A DNA stretch of 63,447 bases, counting the filler, from Octopus bimaculoides (lineage: Eukaryota), in NCBI RefSeq assembly GCF_001194135.2. It is 4 parts of 4 records of this genome, joined end to end, with 100 filler letters (N's around TTAATTAATTAA, not from the genome) between each part and the next. Parts side by side here need not be neighbours in the genome. Positions count along the whole stretch, not along the records: positions 1 to 28,980 come from NC_068981.1; positions 29,081 to 43,731 come from NC_068985.1; 2 more parts are not named here. The stretch is one strand, 5' to 3'. How positions within the stretch are numbered: the stretch's first letter is position 1; each line of letters starts with the position of its first letter. The notes beneath the pieces were generated by a model that was not told the DNA's origin, did no database searches, and saw only the letters and a program-made list of their open reading frames with translations. Positions 26,281-38,849 of this stretch are shown in pieces. The position numbers were made by a program, and so were the translations under genes.

Positions 26281-27264
26281 TAAAGGGGTATGCTCAAGGC
26301 AGGCCCGTTCACTCGCACCGTTCTCGCCACTTTCATCCACCTTTCAGCAATAGCACAACATGAAATTTTGGGTCCAATAAGGTTTGCACAACAACTCACA
26401 GACCCTCTCCATCCTACTGTCATGATCCAGAGACAAACCAGGGCAAGATATCCGGTGCCAATATGGGTCACAGACTCAGGAATGTGGGAGCGCCATGATT
26501 CTATGTGCAAACAAAATATACCCAAAAGGTTCAATACTATTCACTGCATATCTAGTTTTATATCAGAGTGACCTTCTCCTCGAGACATGCTTTAATAAAA
26601 GCTGAGGGGGTACCTCACTCCCAAAGGTCTTTCAACCTGCCGGACACCAACCCGGAATTTATGGGGTACCGTGTTATTACTAGATTGTCGTTGAACATAC
26701 ACTAGGTTCGTCCGTTCTTTTGACGGGTCTTGATTTTTATCCTGCTGGGTTTCCGGCAGCTCATCTCACCAGGCAAGCCTAGTAGAAGCGCCGACGACCC
26801 GACCGTGTGATCTCTTGATAAATGGTATTCAATCAGCATATTGTATTCTCAAAGCTCATGGCTCTCTATGAGCACATAGCACCATAGAGCATCACAGAAC
26901 ATCATAGAGTATCATTGAGCATCACAGACCATATGAATTGATCAGTTAAATAATAACGGTAATATATATTTAGATTTACAATATAACAATTTGGAAATGT
27001 TTATATAACCGCTAGATCTGAGACCATATTGTATCCACAGAACAATCATTTCAGATGTTCCAGCATGGCCTTATTCGAAATGACTGAAATGAACAAATAA
27101 ATCATATACTTGTATGTACATGTGTATATATCCATCTGTCATTCTATATCTCCACCTGTCTAGATATTTATATATCGATCAGCCATATCTATTTATATAT
27201 ATTACTACAATAAGGCTGGTCAAACTTCTACTTTAAATGTTAAATAAGGATGTAGATATCTGCA

Positions 27265-27356
<92 letters not shown>

Positions 27357-27398
27357 CATACACACACGCACACACATACATATATATATATGTATGTA

Positions 27399-27482
27399 TT
27401 CCCGAGCGTTAAACTAATACATCCTTTTGTTGTTTACACCACCTGTCCTCGTCTGTTGTTGTTTTTTTCGTAAATTCTCCCA
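27399..27482 (+). mobile_element. 3' part of a PLE pseudo-LTR
   Basis: cccgagcgttaaactaatacatc...tcgtaaattctcc matches 46235-46312. Confidence 0.7.
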
Positions 27483-27566
27483 TATATATATATATATATA
27501 TATATTCAACAATTCTGGAAGGGTTGTGTCATGAGTAGAGTTGTTAATGCTGTTGTTATTGCTTAC

Positions 27567-27650
27567 GTTGAGATCACCTCTACTCGTAAGAACAAGTTAT
27601 CAAAAGCACTCCAGGTGTGAATAACTATCATATTTTTAGGTGTAATGTAT
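27567..27650 (-). CDS. Candidate exon (phase 2-2)
   Basis: tttgttccag|A acceptor and AAC|gtaagc donor. One open frame, YITPKNMIVIHTWSAFDNLFLRVEVIS. Confidence 0.35.
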
Positions 27651-27824
27651 CTGGAACAAATGTGTCCTTGATTTTGTTTTTGTGTTTTTTTTTCTTGTTT
27701 TTTAATGGAGTAGATTATAATTTTAGTGAGATTTGGTTACTGCTTCATGCAAGACGAACGACCGCATCAAGACTCTCTCTCCTTTGCTAATCAGCAATAG
27801 AGACGGTTGGTTCTGGCGCCTTAC

Positions 27825-27921
27825 TCTGTATAAAGCAGTATATTGCCAGTAATAGAATTTGAACATATAATTCTTTGTGTCTATATCAAATCCACAGAGA
27901 TATCGAAAATTTTCATTACAC
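27825..27921 (-). CDS. Candidate exon
   Basis: ctttactttgcag|G acceptor and AGA|gtaagg donor. One open frame, CNENFRYLCGFDIDTKNYMFKFYYWQYTALYR. Confidence 0.4.
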
Positions 27922-28980
27922 CTGCAAAGTAAAGATGCGTTACTAATCCGAGTAGAGATATTAGTTATCTTGACCTGATTTCGAATCCTGACTAGAATAA
28001 CTTCTCCTCACTTTACGTCGCTGATGCTCACAAGGATAAAACTTGAACGTTGCACAACCTCATTTATCCTCTCCTATTTATCTGTAAATATCTTTGGTTA
28101 AAGAAGAAATCAATATTTGAAGTTGATAGGAACAACAATAAATAAATAAATAAAACTTCCCACCAAGTAAAAAAAAAATAATCTCTGTGAGGCTTTCCTT
28201 CATGTATCCATTATATTTCTTCAGTAAGGAAAATAAAACTCGATGCCTCACGAAGCCCTCACAAATGTTTAATAAAGGATATCACTTTATCAATCATAAC
28301 TGCTTTGTTTTCTCAGTAAGGAAAATATGAGTGTGTTTCGTTGATTGATCTTTACCGAAACCATATCGTAAAATAGCAATAAATATCACAAACATATTGT
28401 AGTACAAATATTGCTAACAACTTCATTAACACCACCATCATTCTCATCTCACTTTATCCATCTCGATTTCTTAATCTCAGGGTTTGAGAGTCAATTTATG
28501 TGTGTAGGGGTGTGGGTATATATATATATATATAAAACGTCGGTGTAATTAATATATATCTATACATGATGGTATATAACATGCATGCGTTTACAGACAT
28601 ATATGTACGTGGAAGTGCCAGTGGGGTTGTCACATGTGTGTGCAAGAATTGAAAGCAATATTGAGTAAAATAGAACTCAATGCTAATTGCAGGGTTCTAT
28701 ATTTCTTTTTAATTAACAGCTAGATATTCTCTCTTTACATTACAAATTATAAATTTCCCACTTGCATGGCTTTTCACGCATGAAATGAAGTCTTTTAAGA
28801 ACGGAAAATTTACTTGTAGTGTTAATACAGAATAATGAGCTATTAATGTGTATGTGAGTGTGTATGTATATACGGATGCACGAATGCATATGTGTGTGTA
28901 CGCGCGCGCTTGTATGTATGTGTGTGTGCGTGTGTGCGTGTGTATGCATACGTATATATATATATATACATATATATATA

Positions 28981-29080
28981 NNNNNNNNNNNNNNNNNNNN
29001 NNNNNNNNNNNNNNNNNNNNNNNNTTAATTAATTAANNNNNNNNNNNNNNNNNNNNNNNNNNNNNNNNNNNNNNNNNNNN
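28981..29080. other. Artificial scaffolding spacer 44N-TTAATTAATTAA-44N
   Basis: Identical 100-base constructs occur at 28981-29080, 43732-43831 and 61976-62075. The 12-mer is a palindrome with stops in all six frames. Confidence 0.95.
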
Positions 29081-29132
<52 letters not shown>

Positions 29133-29333
29133 ATTGTGTTTCTGTGTTTGTTCCCGCAACATCGCTTGACAACCTATTCTGGTGTGTTTACGTCCCCGTG
29201 ATCTAACGGTTCGGCAAATAAGACCCATGGAACAAGTACTAGGCTTACAAAGAAAAAGTCCTGGGCTAGATTTGTTCGAATAGTGGCGGTGCTCCAGCAT
29301 GTCCTGCAGTCAAATGACTGAAACAAGTAAAAG
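29081..29333 (+). mobile_element. SINE A 3' half
   Basis: (TG)n then atcgcttgacaacc...gtcaaatgactgaaacaagtaaaag. Confidence 0.85.
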
Positions 29334-29767
29334 GATATATATACATACATTCATAAGTATATATAAATATGTGTTTGTGTGTGTGTGTATGGCTATAAAT
29401 ATATACATACATACATATCATATGTATGTGAATTATCTAAGTATATGAATGGCGTATATAGATTCCTTACATAAACAAAAGTACTTAATAGCTATCATCG
29501 TAGCAAGACATTGTCCCTTGAAGCGATGTGAAAGATAACGCAGAAAACTAATTTATACATTTTCATTGGTTTTGTTTAATTTTGTTATATTTATATGCAC
29601 AATATGCACATGCATTGTGCAGTGCATTCCTAATACTAATAAACTAAGATTGACATCTGATGCTTTTCTTATTCCTGTGTTTTACTCTATTTTTTATTTC
29701 AATTCTGCATATTACGACATACCAACTGGAAAAACGACGAGTAAATAAATAAGGCAAATATGGAATA

Positions 29768-29768
29768 A

Positions 29769-29837
<69 letters not shown>

Positions 29838-29964
29838 TTTACTAATAATAATAATAATAATAGTAATAATAATAATAATAATAATGATAATAATAATAAT
29901 AATGATAATAATAATGATAATAATAATAATAGTAGTAGTAGTAATAATAATAATAGTAATAATG

Positions 29965-29998
<34 letters not shown>

Positions 29999-30033
29999 TG
30001 ATGATGATGATAATGATGATGATGATGATGATG

Positions 30034-30082
<49 letters not shown>

Positions 30083-30117
30083 TGATGATGATAATAATGA
30101 CGATTATGATGATGATC
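29768..30117. repeat. (AAT/GAT/AGT)n compound trinucleotide tract
   Basis: Seen directly. Confidence 0.95.
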
Positions 30118-30649
30118 TAAAGAAAGATAATTGTAAAAGACGGCGTAACTGCATATGAAGAATAATAAAACAAGATGAATAAAATATATATATTTTTTAA
30201 AATGCATGGTAAACGAAAATATCAAATAACATTAAAAAAAAAGCTAAAAGACATAATAATAACTAATTTGAAGAAAGAAAAATAGTCAAGCGTATTGGCA
30301 TCTCTGCATAATAATGCATAAATAAAGATAAAATTTTACATATTACGTAGTATGGTATTTATTAGTAATGCGTATAATAAAATACCCCGCAGAAAAAGGT
30401 CAAATACTCGTAGTTAGGTCCATATCTGTTTACGATATAAGTAAGGCCATATCCGGTAGTTCGGAACGGGAAAATCTGGAGGGTGGGGGGTAAGAAAGGG
30501 AGTATGGGTGTATATGCATGCGTGTGAGCCTGTAGGTGTAGGTGTGTATGTATATCTATGTGCGTGCTTCTATATTTCTATATAAGTATATTTATATGTA
30601 CGTGTGTATATTTATATTTACATGTATGTGTATATGTGTGTGAATGTGT

Positions 30650-30687
<38 letters not shown>

Positions 30688-30787
30688 NNNNNNNNNNNNN
30701 NNNNNNNNNNNNNNNNNNNNNNNNNNNNNNNNNNNNNNNNNNNNNNNNNNNNNNNNNNNNNNNNNNNNNNNNNNNNNNNNNNNNNNN

Positions 30788-31755
30788 GTTTTGAATGGTA
30801 CAACAATGCACTATAATACAAAAAATGGACTATATGCTTCTTGTAATTTAGTTATCCATAGTCCGATGATATTTCGGAATACAATTCCTTCTTCAGATAT
30901 TCGTAGATGGAGTCGCTGGGACAGAGATGCAGGAAAAGCAGAAAAATGTGACAACCGATGCAGACTTTGTGGAGTTAACACCGAAGATATCACCCACATC
31001 ATAAGCAGTTGTCCGCAAATGTCATCATGGTATTATCTGCCAATGAGACATGCTGTTGTAGCTAGCACACTCTATAATGAAATCCGTCGGAAGGATAACC
31101 CCGAAGACAAAGAAATAAGAACCCACAATATGGTAGAAGAGTACTCATGGAATATCTCAGTGAAGACCTCAATATAATGTAATCACAAAAGACCTGAAAT
31201 AATGATTTGGGATAGAGAAGAGGAACTGCGCACAGTTGTGGAAATTAGCTGCCCAGCGGATGTTAACATAAAGCTGAAGATCAATGAAAAGGAAAACAAC
31301 TATACTGAACTATTGAGAAATCTGCAGTTACTCTATCCAGATTACAAGTTCAGGTTTATATCTGTAATTATTGGGACCCTGGGATATGTAACACACTGCC
31401 TAAATACCAATCTTGAGAAATTAGGCTTCTCAAAACCAGAAAGGAGAAAGCTAATTCAAAGACTACAGATCCCATCCATCACTGGGACTGTAAAAGTTTG
31501 TAAAACTTTCCAGAAGTTTACCATAGCATGTCTAGATATGCAACTATATGCATGGGAATACATACATGAAACAAAACATAAAAATCTGCACATATACATA
31601 CATACATACATACATACATACATACATACATACATGCATACAAAAATACCCTGTTGTTGATGTTGAAATTCCAATGAAGGAACCTTGAATCTAAGTTAGA
31701 AACCGGCTTTTTCTCTGTTGGCAAGAAATCTTGGAATAAAAGTGAACAATGGTAT
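30788..31755 (+). mobile_element. R4-clade-like RLE LINE 3' portion (zinc knuckle, restriction-like endonuclease, 3' UTR)
   Basis: CRLCG..TEDITHIISSC (CCHC), RH motif, RPEIMIWD...VVEISCP...K..EKE..Y (PD-D/ExK type), VIIGTLG. The 3' UTR is shared with 38850-39075 and 61375-61612. Confidence 0.9.
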
Positions 31756-32510
31756 ACATACAGTCATACAAAAATATAATCCAAATTAAAAGAATGTATT
31801 AAAGAACAGGTCCCATAGAATTAAGTATTAATACTTATTTTAGAAGTGAGTACTTATACAGTTTATTGTTTTATATTATTTGAAAGAAAGAAATCTTGTT
31901 TTGTCCGAAGGCGCGTCAATAACTGTAACATGAGAGACGTTGATGTTATTTAATGTACATTGTATTGGGCTGTCAGACAACTTCCTTCATTGTGTTCTAT
32001 TTGGCACTCCATCGTCATTAATGTAAAAAGTAATAGATGTATTGAAATCTCAAAAACGATAAAAGTTATAGAAGAAGAACAGAACTACAAAACAACAACA
32101 AAAATACCATCAAAGACTATGGTGAAATTGTTTGTGTTTATTCAAATAACATTGGAATGAACTAAAATAAATTGGAAAAAGAAAAGAAGCGAACGAATTT
32201 ATCTGGCAACTTGGTATAAACAAGAGTTGTGAGAATGCTGATGGAAAAGTGTTGATGGAAACGTGCTGGAAGAACTGGAGTATAACAACTGAGTCCAGTA
32301 GCGATGGTGTTAACAACCAATAGTAATAAGAAGGGGAATGACACTGATGAGGAAGTTGATTATAATGGTAGTGGTGGTAGTGATTGTACTAATGAGAACG
32401 ATAGTGCGTAGAAATAAAGGAATGAATTCACAATGATGGTAGCCGTGGTATATATACATACATACATATATATATTTACACATACATACATACATACATA
32501 CATACATACA

Positions 32511-32895
32511 TTGTTGGCACTCCGTCGCTTACGACGTCGAGGGTTCCAGTTGATCCGATCAACGGAACAGCCTGCTCGTGAAATTAACGTGCAAGTGGCT
32601 GAGCACTCCACAGACACGTGTACCCTTAACGTAGTTCTCGGGGATATTCGGCGTGACACAGAGTGTGACAAGGCTGACCCTTTGAATTACAGGCACAACA
32701 GAAACAGGAAGTAAGAGTGAAAGAAAGTTGTGGTGAAAGAGTACAGCAGGGTTCGCCACCATCCCCTGCCGGAGCCTCGTGGAGCTTTAGGTGTTTTCGC
32801 TCAATAAACACTCACAACGCCCGGTCTGGGAATCGAAACCGCGATCCTATGACCGCGAGTCCGCTGCCCTAACCACTGGGCCATTGCGCCTCCAC
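32511..32895 (-). mobile_element. tRNA-derived SINE family C, full-length, young
   Basis: Head gtggaggcgcaaTGGCCCAGTGG...GGTTTCGATTCCC and tail ...gacggagtgccaacaa. Flanked by (CATA)n on both sides. Confidence 0.92.
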
Positions 32896-32922
32896 TCATA
32901 CATACATACATACATACATACA

Positions 32923-32953
<31 letters not shown>

Positions 32954-33108
32954 GCATACATACATATATATTAATATATACATATATGTGGAGGGCGTAT
33001 ACAGGCACATGTATTGTTATATTTCTGGATGGCCAATGTTTTTGCAAAATAAACACACGCACTGTATATTCGTTCTTCACCTCAGATTTATCATTTTTCT
33101 TACTTTAT

Positions 33109-33151
33109 GTCCGAAATCTTTCGTCACACGTCCTGCGACCTCTTCACCGAC
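33109..33151 (-). ncRNA. Decayed minimal hammerhead motif (PLE-type)
   Basis: gtcg-GUGAAGA-G-GUCGC[aggacgu]GUGAC-GAAA-GAUUUC-ggac. C3 is altered to G. Confidence 0.45.
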
Positions 33152-33534
33152 TCTCCTTCGATTTGTCTCCTGTTCTGTTTCCTCCTGTTCTACATATACA
33201 GGATGTTTTGAACTTCATTGATTACTCGATAATAAAATGGGCTCTATACTGGGGCGCTCGACGGTTGTATTATCAGAGACTTATAACAGTTCTTTACATA
33301 TATACTCGAAATAAGAGGAGGCGATTATCACATGAAAATATTTCAAAATAAACATGGCGATAAAGGAAACGGTATCTTATTGTTTTATACTTATTTTCTT
33401 TTGCTTTTGCTCGAGACTAGAGGAGAGCTGTGAGCACGTTTCTCTCTCAACAGTTGCTATCAGAATAGTAATTGTTCTACCCGAACTCCTGCCAGACGCA
33501 AGATTGACATAAGTCTGGATATGTACATACAATG

Positions 33535-33690
33535 AAATCATCCGATCAACGAGACAGCCTGCTCGTGATATTAACGTGGAAGTGGCTGAGCACGCCACAG
33601 ACACGCATGCCCTTAATGTAGTTCTCAGGGAGATTCAGTTTGACACACAAAATGTGACAAGGTTGACCCTTTGAACTACAGGCACAGTAC
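33535..33690 (-). mobile_element. SINE C 3' fragment
   Basis: ccgatcaacgagacagcctgctcgtg...ccctttgaactacaggcac matches 32553-32697. Confidence 0.85.
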
Positions 33691-33742
33691 ATATTGCACC
33701 AGATTTGTGGCAGCTAAGCTATAATCTATAGATATGTAGGAG

Positions 33743-33833
<91 letters not shown>

Positions 33834-33890
33834 ATATGTACAGACACACACACACACATACACACATATATACACAAGCACGCACGCACG

Positions 33891-33921
<31 letters not shown>

Positions 33922-33939
33922 ACACACACACACATTCAC

Positions 33940-34177
33940 GTACGCCCCTCACCATATCGCGGTTCACCTATCATGTTTCACCTATCGCAGTGTGTTATCT
34001 AAGTTTCGGCAATTTCTTCGTGGTGTTATTTTGCATTTATAATATAATAAATATATGCAAATTATAAAAATAATAAAAGAAATATATACAGAACAGTACT
34101 GTTTCTACTTCGCGGTTTTTCACTTATCGTGGGAAGTTTAGGAACGTAACACCCGCGATAGTCGAGGGATTACTGTA
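33940..34177. mobile_element. pogo/Tigger-like MITE
   Basis: Right TIR cccgcgatagtcgagggattactg followed by TA. Degenerate left TIR gtacgcccctcaccatatcgcggt. No ORF. Confidence 0.65.
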
Positions 34178-34546
34178 CACACTGCTCTCTCTCTGCTACT
34201 TTGTGTCATATTCCCAATCCTCTCCTCCATTATTGTAACTGTATCTTTCTGTTCTTATTTACCTCCCTTTCCACTTCTCTCCACTCTTCAATACTTTGAT
34301 ATATATTTTTCAGGCATTGATCCTACTTACCTCACTAATTTAATCCGTCATTATAACTGAGTTAACCCTTCAGTGATCAGTCCTTTTCTTCTTCACCTCA
34401 CCTCCTCAACTTTTCACCTTCTCACACCAACCTGTTGCTTCATTGTCCCTATTAAATCAAAACTTGAGCTTAAAATTTTCCCCTTATTTTCTCGCTTTAA
34501 CGCGAAGAACAGGAGCAGTAAAATCTTATATATTCTACACACCTCA

Positions 34547-35491
34547 TCTAATATATAAAATAGAGATGTCTGTGTATTCGCTTTTCACGTGAAATCGACT
34601 TCACCAAATGCTTCCATACTTGTGATGCATGAATAATTTGACCTCGGATAAATGTTAGGCTCTTCATTTGATTCTTTTAATCAAAAATAAATAATATTGC
34701 TTTATATTTATGATTCACTTCTTTAAAAAGGTTCCTCGATGTCAACTTCCGGTATTGACGTATCAACGGCAAAAAGCTTCACTCTCTATTTTGACGTTTT
34801 TCTCCCAAATGCTTACATACTTGTGATGCAATGTCAACTTCCGGTATTGACGTAGCACGCGCGCACGCATACATACGTGTGTCTTTGTAAATATGTTTTT
34901 ATACATTTATGTATGTGTGTGTTTGTAAGAGACAGAGTGTGAGTGAGTCAAGGGGTGTGTTNNNNNNNNNNNNNNNNNNNNNNNNNNNNNNNNNNNNNNN
35001 NNNNNNNNNNNNNNNNNNNNNNNNNNNNNNNNNNNNNNNNNNNNNNNNNNNNNNNNNNNNNNNNNNNNNNNNNNNNNNNNNNNNNNNNNNNNNNNNNNNN
35101 NNNNNNNNNNNNNNNNNNNNNNNNNNNNNNNNNNNNNNNNNNNNNNNNNNNNNNNNNNNNNNNNNNNNNNNNNNNNNNNNNNNNNNNNNNNNNNNNNNNN
35201 NNNNNNNNNNNNNNNNNNNNNNNNNNNNNNNNNNNNNNNNNNNNNNNNNNNNNNNNNNNNNNNNNNNNNNNNNNNNNNNNNNNNNNNNNNNNNNNNNNNN
35301 NNNNNNNNNNNNNNNNNNNNNNNNNNNNNNNNGTGGGGGGTTTCACAATCGCCATTTATTTCAATTACTCTTGTGAGGATATTCACGTAAATCATTTGTT
35401 TCATTTAATCCCCATTTTAATTTTCGTAAAAGTTTCCAAGTACCAATAAGCAACAATTTCATTCCCGAGCAACGCCGGGTGCCTCTGCTAG
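34547..35491 (+). mobile_element. Non-autonomous Helitron with both termini (internal gap)
   Basis: A|TCtaatatataaaa 5' end. Subterminal hairpin CCCGaGCaacGCCGGG then CTAG|T 3' end. The 5' 250 bp are homologous to 41437-41700. Confidence 0.85.
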
Positions 35492-35589
35492 TAGAATATA
35501 AATTTTCCCACTCTCAACTTTCTGTTGAAAGGGATGTTAATCGAGTGCGTGGTTTCAAAACAACAGGAAGTGGTATGAACGAGAATCAC

Positions 35590-35940
35590 AGGACAGACAA
35601 TGAGAATTACAGGATCTCATGGGATTTCCCCATAAAGACTGACCATACTATTGAAGCAAGAAGACCAGATATCATCATTGAGGACAAAATAAACAAACGT
35701 CATAGGCTTTACGACTGAAAAAAACCAGGAACTTCAGAATTTAGCTAGAGAGTCTAAAGAGGTTGCGGAAGACTATGATAACAATTATTCTTGTGGTAAT
35801 TGGTTCATTTGGCACAACACCACAAAATGCTTCCTAAAAAGATATTAGAATTGAGACTCGCCTTGCCAACCTGCAGAAAAGTACAATTCTATATTCTGCA
35901 ACAATTCTAAGAAAAATTGTTGAAATTTGAAGAGACTTGT
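35590..35940 (+). mobile_element. R4-clade-like RLE LINE 3' fragment, third family
   Basis: ISWDFPIKTDHTIEARRPDIII.DK, VVIGSFG, LQKSTILYSATILRK. Confidence 0.8.
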
Positions 35941-36007
35941 CACCAAACCTCAAGATAACAATCCAGCTAATTAAATCAATATGTACTAGCTTGATGATGA
36001 TGATGAT

Positions 36008-36219
36008 GATTTCAAATTTTGGCACAAGGCCAGCAAGTTCGAGGTAAGGGATAAGTCGTTTACATCGACCCTAATGTTAAACTGGTACTTAATTTATCGA
36101 CCCCAAAAGGATGAAAGGCAAAGTCGACCTCGGCGGAATTTGTACTCAGAGCATAAACATGGGCAAAATACCGCTAAGCATTTCGCCCAGCGCGCTGACG
36201 ATTTTGCCAGCTCGTCGCC

Positions 36220-36220
<1 letters not shown>
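36008..36220 (-). mobile_element. SINE B, full-length, short-tail form
   Basis: Near-consensus copy between (GAT)n and (AAT)n. Confidence 0.9.
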
Positions 36221-36280
<60 letters not shown>

Positions 36281-36294
36281 TAATAATAATAATG

Positions 36295-36660
36295 ATTTCT
36301 TTATTGGCCACAAGGGCCGAACACAAAATAAATAGGGCCAATACAATACAAGTGGAAAGAGAGGTGTTGAACAATGCCGCGTATACAGTAAGTAAAAACA
36401 AAAACAGTTAATAAAACAATTAAACAATAAAAATTCCCCAAAAGCGGGGAGTTCCGCACAGGGACAACTGAGAAACACCACTTATCCTGGTTATCCCGAC
36501 CGCCAGGCGCACCTCAGCAGGTGCCTCTCTCCTTCTCAACGCCTCCGGTTTACAAGCAAATATCTTTGACAGGCTTTGATTTTCGACTTACAAAAACCAA
36601 CCGCCATCCAACAGCTCGGAGTGCGAGATCCCTTCCCCAAGTTTTTATTTAGACATCTCT
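36295..36660 (-). mobile_element. Probable LINE 3' end (possibly Tx1/L1-like) with a SINE-B-like tail
   Basis: GC-richer degraded coding-like stretch ending ...ttgtgttcggcccttgtggccaataaagaaat then (ATT)n. Family assignment is weak. Confidence 0.4.
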
Positions 36661-36769
36661 TTAGAAGGAAATTCCGAAATAACATCGCCTCATGCCGAAC
36701 TCGGACATATTGTTCTTGCTTGTTTCTGGACTACTTGGTTTTGATGGCATGAGACTTAACGATGTTAGA

Positions 36770-37122
36770 AGCGCAATGGCCCAGTGGTTAGGGCAGCGGA
36801 CTCGCGGTCGTGGGATCGCACAGCGAGCGTTGTGAATGTTTATTGAGCTAAAGCTCCATGAGTCTCCGGCAGGGATGGTGGCGAACCCTGATGTACTTTT
36901 CACCATAACTTTCTCTCACTCTTTCTTTCTGTTTCTGTTGTACTTGTATTTGAAAGGGCCAGCCTTGTCACACTCTGTCACGCTGAATATCCCCGAGAAC
37001 TACATTAAGGGTACACGTGTCTGTGGAGTGCTCAGCCACTTGCACGTTAATTTCACGAGCAGGCTGTTCCGTTGATTGGATCAACTGGAACTCTCGTCGT
37101 CGTAACTGACGGAGTATCACAA
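36770..37122 (+). mobile_element. SINE C
   Basis: Homologous over its length to 32511-32895, with a B-box deletion. Confidence 0.9.
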
Positions 37123-37149
37123 ATTAATTTGCTGTAATAATAACTAATA

Positions 37150-37460
37150 AGGCGGCGAGATGGCAGAAGCGTTAGTACGCCGGGCGAAATGCTTAGCGGT
37201 AATTTCGTCTGCCGTTACGTTCTGAGTTCAAANNNNNNNNNNNNNNNNNNNNNNNNNNNNNNNNNNNNNNNNNNNNNNNNNNNNNNNNNNNNNNNNNNNN
37301 NNNNNNNAAATTCCACCGAGGTCGACTTTGCCTTTCATCCTTTCGGGTCGATTAAATAAGTACCAGTTACGCACTGGGGTCAATGTAATCAACTTAATCC
37401 CTTTGTCTGTCCTTGTTTGTCCGCTCTATGTTTAGTCTCTTGTGGGAAATAAAGAAATAA
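37150..37460 (+). mobile_element. SINE B, long-tail form (spans gap)
   Basis: aaggcggcgagatggcagaagcg...ttgtgggaaataaagaaataa. Confidence 0.9.
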
Positions 37461-37497
37461 ATTAATTTCCTATTCTTAAATTATAAGTTTTGCTTCG

Positions 37498-37750
37498 TGG
37501 AGGCGCGTGGCTCAGTGTTTAGGGTATTGGAGTCATGATTGTGAGATTGTGGTTTCGATTTTTGGATCGGCGACGCGTTGTGTCCTTCAACAAAACACTT
37601 CATTTCAGGTTATTACAGCCCGCTCGGCTGCGAAAAATGAGTAACACTGCAACAGACCAGCGTCCGGTCCATGACGGAAATGTATTCGCCACAGAAATTG
37701 ATAAACCGGGAAACCGGCTCCATGTGACTGTACGACTTGTGAAGGATCTT
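37498..37750 (+). mobile_element. tRNA-derived SINE family D (CORE-like)
   Basis: tggaggcgcgTGGCTCAGTG...GGTTTCGATT...ttgtgtccttcaacaaaacact(t). Confidence 0.75.
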
Positions 37751-38017
37751 TATAATATAAAGCTACTTTATATCACAAATCAATGGGTGTCTTAACATCC
37801 GTTCATTTTTGTCATCTCCTTATACTATATATTATTTTATAATTAATTTCAAATATATTCATTGCTATGAACATAAGGTTGACATAAACAATCCATAGCA
37901 ATATGATATTATATTTAAAAAAGAAAGTATTCAAATGAAAGAGCTTGATAAACTATTTCATCAAATAATTTGGTGTTATGATATGCTAATATCCTATGAA
38001 ACCAGCTTATTTTGCAG

Positions 38018-38032
38018 GGTTGCTGATATTCG
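38018..38032 (+). CDS. Candidate 15-nt microexon
   Basis: ttattttgcag|GGTTGCTGATATTCG|gtaagt, with ctaat branch-point-like motif ~30 nt upstream. Confidence 0.35.
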
Positions 38033-38160
38033 GTAAGTGAATTCAGAGTGATGAATTTGCAAAACCAAATGTATACCACAAAAACTCAAGTGGCAAAACG
38101 CATTCCTGTTATAAGAACTAATTTATAGAAAACATTATACTCATGCACTTGTACACATAC

Positions 38161-38224
<64 letters not shown>

Positions 38225-38248
38225 TATATGTGCATATATGTGCATATA

Positions 38249-38309
<61 letters not shown>

Positions 38310-38484
38310 GTATGATGTGTGTGTGTGTAAGTGTGTGTGTGTAAGTGTGTTTATTTCGCGCTCCAATGTTATCTTAACAAATGATCACATTAACCACTCG
38401 AAACTATGTAAATATGTTTATGCTGTGTCTATGTTTGCTGTTGCAATTTAAAGCTGTAATTTCACTATGTGTTTATACAATTAG

Positions 38485-38643
38485 ATTCAATGATACACAG
38501 AGATTACTATTTACGAGAAACTTTAGGACTAAAAGATATGACTTCAGATTTTGTCTGGTCAGGTATGGAATGGTCAGGCACCGCATTCTATGACATTGCA
38601 CACACATGCATACGTACTTGGGACAATAAAAATCTGCAGGATT
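38485..38643 (+). CDS. Candidate exon, C-type-lectin-like segment (phase 1-1)
   Basis: ttag|AT...T|gtaagg (alternative donor G|gtatgg at 38562). Reads DSMIHRDYYLRETLGLKDMTSDFVWSGMEWSGTAFYDIAHTCIRTWDNKNLQD. Confidence 0.4.
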
Positions 38644-38849
38644 GTAAGGAAAATAAACAAGCCAAGATGCTTTACTTCACAACCTTGCTAGAAGGCATGT
38701 GGCCAATCAAAATATATCTATAACTATAAAATTGTAAATAACAAAGAGTAGGAGAGTGTACATACATACATACATACATAAATACATACATACATACATA
38801 AATACATACATACATACATAAATACATACATACATACATAAATACATGT

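Noticed and set aside
26290-26830. GC-richer block with ORFs on both strands
   Set aside because: No recognisable motif or splice sites. It is probably an unidentified repeat.
32050-32330. R4-type RT remnant (YSNNIGM)
   Set aside because: Only a single short motif was found.
32820-32895. tRNA gene
   Set aside because: It has A and B boxes but continues into a repeated SINE body. It is a SINE head, as are those at 1178, 36770, 37498 and 51935.
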